The notes under the pieces are model-generated. The model searched no databases. It had not been told where the DNA came from and was given only the letters and a program-made list of their open reading frames with translations. From NCBI GenBank assembly GCA_040954595.2, contig CM082593.2, positions 4,791,434 to 4,855,433 of the forward strand: a stretch of 64,000 bases of DNA, written 5' to 3'. A program made the translations under genes and the position numbers. Positions 1-11,145 of the stretch are shown here, piece after piece (position 1 is the stretch's first letter; each line of letters begins with the position of its first letter). The stretch comes from Balanoglossus misakiensis (taxonomy: Eukaryota; Animalia; Hemichordata).

Positions 1-32
1 GCCTGGTTCTTCAGTGATGTCCACATGCTCTT
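1..32 (-). CDS. ANK: Start of a further exon (EHVDITEEPG...), truncated by the window edge
   Basis: Acceptor ctgcattctcag; phase 1 entry matches upstream exons. Confidence 0.65.
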
Positions 33-747
33 CTGAGAATGCAGATGAAAATGTGAAATATTAATATTCAATACTCATGAATATTCAGTAAAATCAGTAA
101 AAATTATGAACCTACAGACTAAGGGACAATATGAATTATCAATGTTGTAGCTAACTTCCTTTTTCCCTACAAAACATTACATACAGTGTATTGTTGCCAG
201 ACATGTGTTATCTTGTGTTCAAAGAAATGCAAAATGTTGGTTAAACCATAGACTGTCTATGGTTAAACAGAGAGACAAAGTCTGCCTGTTCGTATCTGAT
301 AAAATACATTTCCATCAACTCATTTACACATACATGTACATTCACGAATTCTCTAACGAATAAGTATTGGTTTATTCCAAATACAATGCACAGTATTACA
401 AAAATCATGCTTCTACATTTTGTCATGCAAAGTCGCAATCACTGTAGGGAGTCGTTTTATTGGGTGGTGACGTGAGAAACGATGCAATCAGCAAGCTATA
501 CAACAATCTAGTGTTAACACTGTTAGCCATGGGATGAATATAGTAGTAAGGACTCTGACCCTTTTTTCAATAATTCAGAATGCAATCATGGCAACAGTTG
601 ATGATGATTTGATGAGAAGATACAGAGAATTTGAATTAGAGATTGGCAGCATTTGCGAGGGTGGGGGGGGGGGTAAGTTAGCAAAGGTCTGGGAGGGGGA
701 GGGTACACTACAGGTGTGAGATTGTCACCGTTCTAAGATATGGTCAC

Positions 748-819
748 CTTTTAAATATTTCGCAAATGGGTCAAAGGAATCAACACCGTCTGCTGTGCTT
801 TGGTTGGAATACACTCCCT
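748..819 (-). CDS. ANK: Candidate cassette exon (GVYSNQSTADGVDSFDPFAKYLK)
   Basis: 72 nt, phase 1-1; read-through past the donor gives a stop at 725. Confidence 0.55.
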
Positions 820-1164
820 CTGTGAATAGTAATGTTAGCTTAGTGATAAGACAACAAAAGTAAGATGTGCTGAGGGGAGGGTAGAACTTAGTGACAAAGA
901 CCCAAGGGATACTCGTTTTTATCAAAAGAGGTGGCATAGCATTGAAAAAGAAAACTTTATGAAAAAGAGACAGTGTTTTATTGACATTAACACATTTAAC
1001 ATCAAACAATAATAACACAGGAGTAATACACAATTTGAATTTTTTTTTCTAAAATTGTGTTTCACAGATCTACCAAACATGAGAGTCAATTTGGGCAAAA
1101 CATACTAACTACATTGTATCCTGTAAACCCCAGTAAAACCCAAGACGATCTAGAGATACTGTAC

Positions 1165-1389
1165 CTGTATATTCACTTGTTTCTGGGTCTTCGGTCGGTT
1201 CTGGGGCAGCAGCTTCAGTCTCAGTTGTGAAATCTCTGTTCAGTAAATCCTCCATTTCTCTTTCGTCCTCGGGACTGATTTGATCGTTGTCCACTTCAGG
1301 CTCAGCTTGAACGTAGTCGATCACGTCATGATCCACAGTTTCGTGCACAGGGCTGTCATTGATTTCTGGTGCGGCAACTCCTTCTGAGT
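1165..1389 (-). CDS. ANK: Exon (SEGVAAPEINDSPVHETVDHD...DPETSEYT)
   Basis: 225 nt, phase 1-1. Confidence 0.8.
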
Positions 1390-1582
1390 CTATACCGCAA
1401 ACAAAATGATTATTGTTATTGTAAACACAAGACCAGACGTGATGTAAGAAATGTTGGTAAACAGCTTGTATGGAAATATGTAGTCAGGTACAATTATCTT
1501 TTACATGTTTCTATTTTCTAATTGGAAGACAAAAACACATTGAGATTAAGGCAATACAAGGGAAAGTTTTGTATATTCTTAC

Positions 1583-1712
1583 CATCCATAGGCAAGTCAT
1601 TCATCAACGCGGCCAAATTATCAAAGTCTTCTTGTGTTCGTTCTTTCTCAGCATCATCTTCGAATGATTCCGATGTTCTGACAATGTCTCGTTCCTCCAA
1701 TACAGGTTCAAT
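1583..1712 (-). CDS. ANK: Exon (IEPVLEERDIVRTSESFEDDAEKERTQEDFDNLAALMNDLPMD)
   Basis: 130 nt, phase 0-1, donor G|GTAAG. Confidence 0.8.
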
Positions 1713-2192
1713 CTAGTTGAAAACACAGCAGAGCACCAGGAATTAAGCATTGTTATCAAGACCTGTGCACCCTGAAACTGTTGAATTTTCGTACTTTTGC
1801 TTCTTGGTTTCGTGGGATATTTTTGACCGATGGCCGACTTCTCATGTAAAATTCTAGCAGTTTGACTTTTGCTTTCATTCTAAACTCAGAAAGCCTTATT
1901 CAAAAACAAGATTTTGGTGCAGGTATTGGTCAAAGCATTAGGGCTAGTCTCACATATCTCAGAGTGATGGTTTGGATTCAGATATCTTGAAAAATTGTAT
2001 TAGGTTGTACTGAAATATATATAATTATATTAATATTGGGTTTAAGATTTTCAAAGAAATTACTCAATTTGTTCCTATAAGACATATTGTTGTCTTTGTA
2101 TCTCAAGGAAACAATTGGTTTGTTTGCAGAAGATTTCAACAGTGCAGGATTTCTAGTAAGCCTCCCACAGCTGCTCACATCACTGGTATATG

Positions 2193-2246
2193 CACTCACT
2201 CACTCACTCACTCGCTGGCTCACTCACTCACTCACTCACTCACTCA
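2193..2246. repeat. (CACT)n microsatellite
   Basis: Directly visible, with one interruption. Confidence 0.9.
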
Positions 2247-3060
2247 AACCTCACCATGGGAGACTTATCACAGTCACAATGCCACACATTCACCATCAGA
2301 CACAGTGTATACACACACAGTGACACTTAAACATCTACACAACATTTACGTGTAGGAGCAAGAGATGGTAAGAACACAGGAGTTGGCAGAAAGAGTTTGG
2401 GGGAGAAGACAGCAAAAGCTGCAAAGCGCTTTTGCAAAATGTTATAAAGATATTTTTTTTATGACATGCAATACAGGAAAACCCTTGGAACAACCATGAT
2501 AGGGATTGTCCACTGGATTACAAATGAAAAAAAAACGGCATTTGATTTTTAAGACTATCCTGCAAATAAAACAGTGATTCTGAAAATGGAAATGAAATGG
2601 CAATGGCAGTGCATGGCTTCTTTTGGAAACAAGGGTTATGTATGAAAAACAAAAAACAAACAAAAAACGATGGCTAAGAAGTGATAATTGTTGGTAGTGA
2701 AATGGCTATAAACGACTTAAAAAACAAATCTACTTTCAACCAGCAGTTATAGCATTTCCTGTAATAATAACGACAACAAAACAACTTGCACAGCAAAATA
2801 TTTTTGGACAACAGTATTGCCCAATATAGTCCCAGTTCCTGACCTCTTCTCCTTCTGCAGAAACAAAGTGAATTTTCTGACTGTACTTTATTTGTCTTCT
2901 AACTATAGTTTCTGTAAAGCCCTACAAGAAAATACATGGTTAATGAGATTGGGAGAGTGGCCAGGGTCCAGGGTTAATGCCACGTTAAAAAAAATTGGCA
3001 AAAGAGCAACACCATCAACAAATCACAAATGTAAGAAGACAATTCAAAAATCACCACTGG

Positions 3061-3111
3061 TTACTCAAATAGAAACATTTCATGCTTTTCTGTTATTTGA
3101 GACTGCACTTC
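3061..3111 (-). CDS. ANK: Candidate alternative terminal exon (EVQSQITEKHEMFLFE-stop)
   Basis: Long pyrimidine-rich tract ending cattacag; phase-0 frame ends in TAA. Confidence 0.35.
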   Translation of the reverse strand, partial: EVQSQITEKHEMFLFE

Positions 3112-3555
3112 CTGTAATGAGTTGATGGAGACAAAGAAGTTCGGTGAGATGTAGATGGATGGTTTTGTTGAGCTGAAAGCAGAACAGGTGAACATGCAGT
3201 CTTGGTTTGCAAAAAAGTGACAACAAATGCAAACTAGGTTTAACATGGGCAAACAATGTCATAGGCAAAGCAACATGCATTTTTAAAGTAAAGAAAAAAA
3301 AGCAAAACGACAAAAATGCAGTAAGCCTAGTTTGAGAACTGAAACACACAGAAGGGTTTATCTTAGCAAAGTAAATTCAAATAAGGTTATGGGTTATATA
3401 TATACACACAAGTACAAAGAATGTCATATGGAAATGACAAGCTACTAAAGATCAAAGAAAAAGGTACCAGCAATGGACTGAAAGGTTTACACTCATGCAC
3501 TAGTGCACGCAAACTAATAGTTTGTTTTTTGTAAAGCACAGAGTGCAATGTGTAC

Positions 3556-3606
3556 CTCGGAAGGAGGAACCTCATGATCATCGGCAACCTCAGCGGATTC
3601 TGTCTC
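3556..3606 (-). CDS. ANK: Cassette exon (ETESAEVADDHEVPPSE)
   Basis: 51 nt, phase 0-0. Confidence 0.75.
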
Positions 3607-3724
3607 CTGAAACAATGCGTGAATAAGATACCATGGGGTTAGTTTTCCCACCGAGGAAAGCTTTGACGCAAAAGTCAAGAAATACAGCAGAAACTCAAGA
3701 AAGGACAACAGGTAAACCCAGTAC

Positions 3725-5998
3725 CTCTTGGGCACCTTCTTCCTCGGGTACACCAGGCTCATCTACTGGTTCTTGAGCCTCCTGAGGAACATCCTCATCC
3801 TCCAGTTTCTCTTCTTCGTCAACTACTTGCTCTGCACTTTGTTCCTCAGCTTCAATTTGTTCTTCAGGTTCCGGAGCATCGACTACATCGTCGATGGCAA
3901 CCACAGGCTCTTCAATGCCCGCTTCTTCCTCTGACGGTCCCTCTGGTTCCAACAGAGCATCAGGAGTTCGCCCATCGACTTCACTGATGACTTCGGGTTC
4001 CTGCTCTTCTTCCATTGCCACCGGCTCTGCAGAGAAACCAGGCTCCTCCTCCGGCTCAGGAATGGCTGCTTCCTCTTGAGTCGGGGCTTCTGGTTCGTCC
4101 GACGGTTCAGGAACAGATGCCTCGACGACCCCACGGGTCTCAAAGGCAATGACTGTTTCTTCGTGAATAACTCGCTCTGCAACAGGAGCTTCAATTGCGA
4201 TTTCTTCTTCGGTCGGGGACTCGGGGTCTTCAGAGCGTTCTGGAACGGTTGCCTCGACGGCCGAAACTCCTTCAACTGAAATAAGTGGCTCGGTAATAAC
4301 CTCTGCTTGTGACGGCACTTCCTCGTGGGGTTCAGCCACTTCTTCAACTGGTTCCTCTTGCTGAATTTCTTCGGGGGCAGCTTCCTCTGTTTGTTCTGGC
4401 TCTCTGTCTTCTGTTCCAGTTGGTTCTACTGGCTCTTCCTCTGTCACTGCATCAGGCTCATCTTCTGGGGCGGGTTCAGACACTTCCACCAATGAAACAC
4501 TCTGGACAACGGTAGTTGATTCAACTAGTACGGTTTCTTCTCTAACAGTAGTCTGAGTAGTGAATTCTTCATCAACTGCCTTTTCTTCCTCTGATGGTAC
4601 ATCAGGTTCTGTAGTCTCCTCTTGATAATCAGACTCTGCGGAAATGATAGACTCCCTTGTTATCTGAACTATTTCCTCATGTTGAACAATGGGGGTTTCA
4701 ATGGCAATCTCTTCCTCAGTAGGCTGTTCAGGTTCTTCACGTGGCTCTGGTACAGAGGCTTCAATAAAATCGGCTGTGTCCACTGACACAAGCGGTTCCA
4801 TGACCACCTTTTCTTCCTCCTCGGGTTCCGGCATCGGCTGTTCAATGGCAACCTCGTCCTCTGTTGGTTCTTCTGGTTCTTCTGAAGGTTCTGGTGCCAC
4901 TGCTTCCACGGCGGATGTTGACTCAAACGTCAGGAGTGGTTCGGATGCCTCTGGCTGCTCGATGGCCATTTCGTCTTCTGTGGGCGCCTCCGGTTCCGAA
5001 GGTCCAGGAGCACTTGCCTCGATTGTTCTCGATGTCTCAACTGTGATCAGGGGTTCTGCAGAAAACGCTGGTTCTGCGACCGGTGCTTCGATGGCCACTT
5101 CTTCGTCTGTCGGTGCTTCTGGCTCACCGGGTTCGGGGAGGACCGCCTCGACGCCGGACAGAGTTGTCGGTGCCATGATAGGTTCTACGCAGACAAACTG
5201 AGTCTTCTCTTGTTCGGATGGCGGTTCCAGTGCGGCCTCTTCTTCTGATGGGGCGTCTGGTTCACGCTGTTCAGGAACTGTTGCTTCAACAGGTGCAATC
5301 GATTCAGCTGCAATCACTGCTTCGACCTCTTCTGGTTTGGTTTCCTCGACCGTCTCCACTTCCACCTCATAGGGCTCATCAACTTCAACCGGACCATCAA
5401 CCTGTACAACGATCTCTTCGTCTCTGCTTGTTTCAATGTCTTCTTCGGTTTCTTCAGTTTCCGGCATTGGTGGGGCCTCGGGGGAAGGCTCTAGTGGTGG
5501 CGGTTCCTCAATGCCAAAAGAGACTTCATCTTCAGCTGATATCGAATCCTTACTTACCTCACCATCATCAATCGGCTCATCAACCAATTCTGGTGTTGTT
5601 GCCTCTCTTTCTTCTTCTGAGAGCACAACATCTGAGGCCTTGTCTACTTCAATGGTCGGTGTGGTTAGCACATGTGACTCGATTCTAGTTTCTGTAACAA
5701 CTCGTGTTACTTCTGTCCTTTCAGTATACGTAGAGGTTTCTTCAGGCACTTCTTCTGTTGATGGTTCGACTTCAGTCTCTCCTACTTCCACATGTTCTTC
5801 TACAGATTCCTCAATCACTGCAATCGGCTCTGGACTGGAGACTTCTCTCTCTGGTTCACCTTCTTCTTCTTGCACATCAACAGTTTCTTGCACCTCTGAA
5901 GATTCCTTTTGATCATCAAGAATTTCTGGTTCCTCAGGAGGCTCAGGAGTGGACGGTCTTTCGTCTGAAGGCTCAGCCGCTACTTCCTCAACCTGCTC
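3725..5998 (-). CDS. ANK: Second large acidic exon, 2,274 nt / 758 aa, with diverged ~35-45-aa repeats
   Basis: Open frame covering ORF 3695-5893; acceptor ttggtag|GAGCAG, donor GAG|GTACT; phase 0-0. Confidence 0.88.
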
Positions 5999-6056
5999 CT
6001 ACCAATTCAGTTTGGGAGCAGAGAAAGTCAGAGTACAGAAAATATGTAAATGTTTG

Positions 6057-6075
6057 GAGAGAGAGAGAGAGAGAG
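6057..6075. repeat. (GA)n microsatellite, forming a (TC)n pyrimidine tract upstream of the 5998 acceptor
   Basis: Directly visible. Confidence 0.8.
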
Positions 6076-6269
6076 TAAAAGACTAAGTGGAGTAAAACCT
6101 GAGATATGTTAAGATTGACAGATGAGACCCCTAACATGCAAACAAACCACAGGCAAGAATCAAATGAAATGAAGGTTGTTTTCAATCAACAATGAGAAGA
6201 CATACACAGGCAATTAAATTAATACACCACTGAAATTAAACGTTGTTGATACTACACTAATAAGCATAC

Positions 6270-6317
6270 CTCCAGCGCAACAAGCTCTGGTTCTACAGTC
6301 TCCTCCTTGCCTTCCTG
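6270..6317 (-). CDS. ANK: Cassette exon ((Q)EGKEETVEPELVALE) with tandem CAGCAG acceptor
   Basis: 45 or 48 nt, phase 0-0. Confidence 0.7.
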
Positions 6318-6426
6318 CTGAGGAACAAGGAAATGAGATACAACGAACCAGAGATATCAAACATTTAGACATTTTGAAGACACGAAGGTACAGGGAAAAA
6401 GCAACATAAAATCCATTTACTCATAC

Positions 6427-6477
6427 CTCTGCACCATCTGTCTCTGCTGGCTGTTCCTCCTTCTCTTCCTCCTGCAC
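6427..6477 (-). CDS. ANK: Cassette exon (VQEEEKEEQPAETDGAE)
   Basis: 51 nt, phase 0-0. Confidence 0.75.
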
Positions 6478-6650
6478 CTGTAGAAAAATATTCTCCATTC
6501 ATACATAGAGCTTATACATGATCAAAAGACTGCAAAATAATTACATGTACTCTAACATACGTGATTAACATGACTAGCAGTACAAAGAAAATACTAGTAA
6601 ATTAATGTTATGGGGAGTTGGATAATTTTCCTTTGTATAACGTGAAATAC

Positions 6651-6779
6651 CTCAACTTCAGGTTCTGGTGTTGTCTCCTCTTCTGGCTCCTGTTGTTCTG
6701 GTTCTACTTCTTGTTCTGGTTCTGGCTCCTGTTCACGTTCTGGTTCAGGTTCAGGTTCAAGTATCTCTTCTCTTGGCTC
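6651..6779 (-). CDS. ANK: Cassette exon (EPREEILEPEPEPEREQEPEPEQ...PEPEVE)
   Basis: 129 nt, phase 0-0. Confidence 0.8.
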
Positions 6780-7337
6780 CTAGTGGACAAACACAATGGT
6801 GAGTATACAATGCAATTCCTCGAGACATCAATAAGAGTAATCTCTATAAGGACATTAATTTTGTACTTACACTTTACAATACAACACCACACAACATGGG
6901 GGATGAGAAATAAACAGTGGCATTATTAGTCATAAACATGGCAACACCTGTGAATATGCAGGAGGTTATTGCAATGGCACAAAATTCAATGATGCAATTG
7001 TCACAAATGGCTGCGAGTCCTCAATCAGCTCCTGCCATCTGGAACATCTGAAAGGGCAACTTGGATGTAAATGCAAGCACCGAAGTTTCCTTGCAGGGGA
7101 AAAAATGCACAAATCAGCAAGTCTTGCAAAGAATGGCCGGTTAGTGTAGCAAGAGAATCTGTGAACAGCTGAACATGACCTGTTAGCGAGTGATAAGTCT
7201 TTAACACATGATTGATATTATGTCAAATGAAGAACAGAATGCTGGGAAAACAGATGAGCTGGTATTTTGTGTTCCACATACACGCGTGCGTATCTGACAC
7301 TCGTGCAGAAACGTTTTTAATGCAGAACTCGTAATAC

Positions 7338-7403
7338 CTCATCTGACATTACGAAAGCACTAGTTGGTGGTTCGGGGACCACACTGGCTTCACACACAGG
7401 TTC
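7338..7403 (-). CDS. ANK: Cassette exon (EPVCEASVVPEPPTSAFVMSDE)
   Basis: 66 nt, phase 0-0. Confidence 0.65.
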
Positions 7404-8039
7404 CTGCAAGATAGAAGTGTGCTGAGGATCATGATGGAATGTCTAGTCTACATTAATGATAGATGTACATGTAAATGAATGCAATGTGTATGGCACAACC
7501 AAACCATCTTGATCTAACTACCAACCACACACTTTAAAGTGAACCAGTTAAAACCAAATCACACGTTTGTGTCAATAGTGTACACTCTTTTTATAGTGCC
7601 ATCTATCTATTTAGCTTAATGCGACAAAACCAAAAAAGAATTACACAGCAGAGCCTTTCTGCAAGAAGTAAAATATGCACTAAATAGTGAAGAGAAACCA
7701 CAATGTGAAACACTCACACAGAGAATACAATTCCGTGACTATTTGTTAATAGATTGATTCAACCTGTCTGGGGCAAACAGAGCTACAAGCAACTAATTAC
7801 GGCAGCTGCTGCATCCATAAGATAGGATACAACTCTTTTACCAATGCCAAAGTCTGCTTTACAAGATTTCCATCAAGCATGTTATAGCCCTGGTTTCACA
7901 CTTGACAGGACTAGAACTTGCAGAGCAATCAGCCACCATTACCCCATACTATTTCACACATGTTTAACAAAGCTTGCATTTGTAACTGCAAAGTGAATTT
8001 ACTTGCATTAGTTCGAGAATATGTCAAGTTTAGCTCTAC

Positions 8040-8159
8040 CTCGACTACTTGAGATGCAGATACTTCAACATCTGCTGCCTGTTCTTCTGTTAGTACTGGT
8101 GCCCCCTCCTCTGTTGGCAGGTCAAGGTCGAGGCCTTTGACCAAGTCACCGAGAAGATC
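8040..8159 (-). CDS. ANK: Cassette exon (DLLGDLVKGLDLDLPTEEGAPVLTEEQAADVEVSASQVVE)
   Basis: 120 nt, phase 0-0. Confidence 0.75.
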
Positions 8160-11077
8160 CTAACATTGGAACACGTAATGAAAATGGTGATTGACATCAT
8201 CAGAGCAAAATATCAAAACGCTATCTGCCACAGTGAGACAGAACATCTGTTTGGTCAAGTTTAAATCATATAATCAGATTAATTGAATATCATCTTGTGT
8301 CTGAAATACAAGAATCACTACCAGATGAAAAATCTCCCACATCTTCCATGATAATTACATCATCCGATACAAAGAGATCAATTAACCTGTGTCCAGTAGA
8401 TCTTTTAATTCGAAGCATTGTGAGTCAGACTGTCGGCCATTTTGACACTTATCGTACTCTTTCTGCGAGTCACTCTCATGGAATATTGCACACTATTTCG
8501 AAGGTCCAACTCACTGTCATGGTCACTCATCTCTCTAATCACATACTAGTAATCACTGCTCTCTATCACATCACCAAAATCACACAAAGCAGGCAGTCAT
8601 TTTGTTTCTACACAAGCATAAACGCGCAAGCAGTAAAAGATATTCATTGCACACACAATACTAATATTTTTAGTCATAAATGTTGATAGATTGGCAAGCA
8701 TAAAGTAAAGATGAAATGAGAATACATCAATATTGTTGTGGAAGGATGAAAATAAATGTTTTATTAATACAATGAAGATTTGTTTTATGACACCACATTA
8801 GTGAACTACCTGTAAGGGAGGGAAACAACACGTGTTAGAACAAGAAACAGCACATCCTGTAAGTGTTACAAAGAACATTAGGATACAATCACCAATGAGT
8901 TAAAATGCATTCATCTTTATATGGACCATATAACCTACAGTTATACAGATCAGAACACCACCTATGTCTACAACATCAAGTTAGGGGTTCATTTCTATCA
9001 CAGATCATTATTGGTGATATGGTGTTAAACTAAGTGGTTCCAGGAGACATATTTGGGTATGTATATCACTAATCAGTAATCTACCTACGTCAGTGGTAAC
9101 TAACTTATTATACAAATGAAATTACAGTGAAGAAAATAGCAACATGATGAATGCTTTCCGTTAACACTTTTAAACAGAGCTAGCTGGACAGGCAGTTAGT
9201 GGTGGGATATGATCTGTTAACTTCAAAAAAATTGAGATGATCAAGATTATATGATTTGACATGAATGTAACTCCACGTTTGGGTGCATGAATTACCTTGA
9301 TCTGTCTCTCTAACTCCTCGCAGACCTCGCATGTAACAGCAGGCGAGTGCTGAGTCGCCTGAAAACCGCAAGTTTCTTAGAGTTCTTACACAAGTGGTGC
9401 GAAGATGGGGGAATGGAATGACGATTAAGTGGAAGATGGCAAAAAAATTTATGGGAGACTGATTTTCTGTTCTACTGTAAAAAAAATATAAGTCAATGTC
9501 ATGCAGAATGCTCTGTGCAAGTTGAGAGATAAAAATGTCTTCAAGACATGCAAACAATATTTTCTTTGATTTCAGCAGCATTCCTGACGGTATGATGATT
9601 TTGTGATGATTAAAAATGAAGTAAAAAATTCCATGCTCATGATTGATAGATTATACCTTTTGATGTGCTTCAGAAAGTTGGGGACTTCCATGTTCGTGAC
9701 AGTGAACTGGGCATACCACCTGTTGAGGAGTTTCATTTAAGAAAAGATTATAGCCGATTTGTAACATTTTATGAGGTAAACCTACAGCATACTTTGAGAA
9801 AAAACTTATTCCCAAAAGGTAGAAGTAAGTCATTCAACACCACCACAATCGATTTTTGGGAACAAACGAAACAACGTATGACAAGCATTTTTGTTTCTCG
9901 TATGCTTCTGGTTGTTATACTGTGCGCTGGCCAGTTCACACAACTCGACTATTAAACGAATATCAGACATGAAAACTTCCATCATTTTATCTTTGACCAA
10001 TACCCAAACTTGTGTCATACTACTATTCACAAGTTACAGTGTGTTGAATTCTGACAAATTCAGAGATAGAGTAGAACATGAGCCTGCCTTATCAAAAGAA
10101 ACTAATGTCAAAAGTGAGCGACATTGTCCCTTTAAAAACCCAATGAGAGAAGACCTATACACTTCACTATCCACATAGCTGTATGACTAAGCATACACGC
10201 TGGACATTGCTCGAAGCTCAGATCACATGACAATTTTGTGTGGTGGTATATTTATAAATGCACTCAAAAATTCAACTTGAGCAAAAGAGGACACAAGGAA
10301 ATGAAAGCTTCTTTGTACATGTACCTCATGATGAAGCAAGAGTTTCCTATATGAACTTTCAACATCCTGTGAATGGAAAACAGAGTGAACCAAACAAAGT
10401 CCGAAGAATCATTTTAAGATTAAGCAACACTCAAGAAACCAATAAACACCCTTGGGGAAAAGTTTTTAAGCCATGCGCCTTCATGGAATGGTTTCTTGCA
10501 ACCCACTCTGGCTGTTATGGCCTGCGAATTGGGAGCAAGCACTTGCTGAGAACAATCCTTTCCAAAATCATTTGCCAACAACAAACGGAAACACTGAAAG
10601 CATGAGGAAAGAAAGTCGGAGAGCTGCGCTTTTCAACAGAAACTCAGCAAGGTGGTAAACAGAAACATTCCAGGGATGACACTCCTGTTGAGGAAATCCG
10701 GCATTATTATATAGATCACCCCAAAACACAAGCAAAGTATAAATGATCTTGCATTGGAAACAATATTAATCGGAGCTGCTTCTTTGTTGGGAAAGCAATG
10801 AAACTCCTAAAAGTCCTAATACATAAAAGGGAAAAATGGTTCAATTAAAAATGGTTCGTAAATCACCCCAGCAGTGGATTGTGTTAGTCGCAAAGATGTT
10901 ATCGCAAACAATTTTCTAAACCATGCCAGGGAGCAATAATATGCACAAAAACAATAGCATCATCATAACAGCATATGATTTGTTGTTAACAGTGGCATGA
11001 AATAATGCTCCTGTGAAAAAAACGCAATAAATACAAATATTTAAAATGTATGTATAAAGGCGGCACACCATCCTGTG

Positions 11078-11083
11078 TTTATT
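11078..11083 (-). promoter_or_regulatory. Candidate polyadenylation signal AATAAA ~55 nt after the giant-exon read-through stop
   Basis: tttatt on + strand at 11078-11083; the hexamer is common in AT-rich DNA. Confidence 0.3.
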
Positions 11084-11145
11084 TTTGCCATGCATCTGCA
11101 GAAGGAAGGATCTTCAAATTTCAACGTATTCCAAGGCTACTTTAC

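Noticed and set aside
8297-11000. Several 60-133-aa ORFs between the giant exon and the next exon
   Set aside because: No domain similarity and a composition typical of random AT-rich ORFs; treated as intron or 3' UTR.
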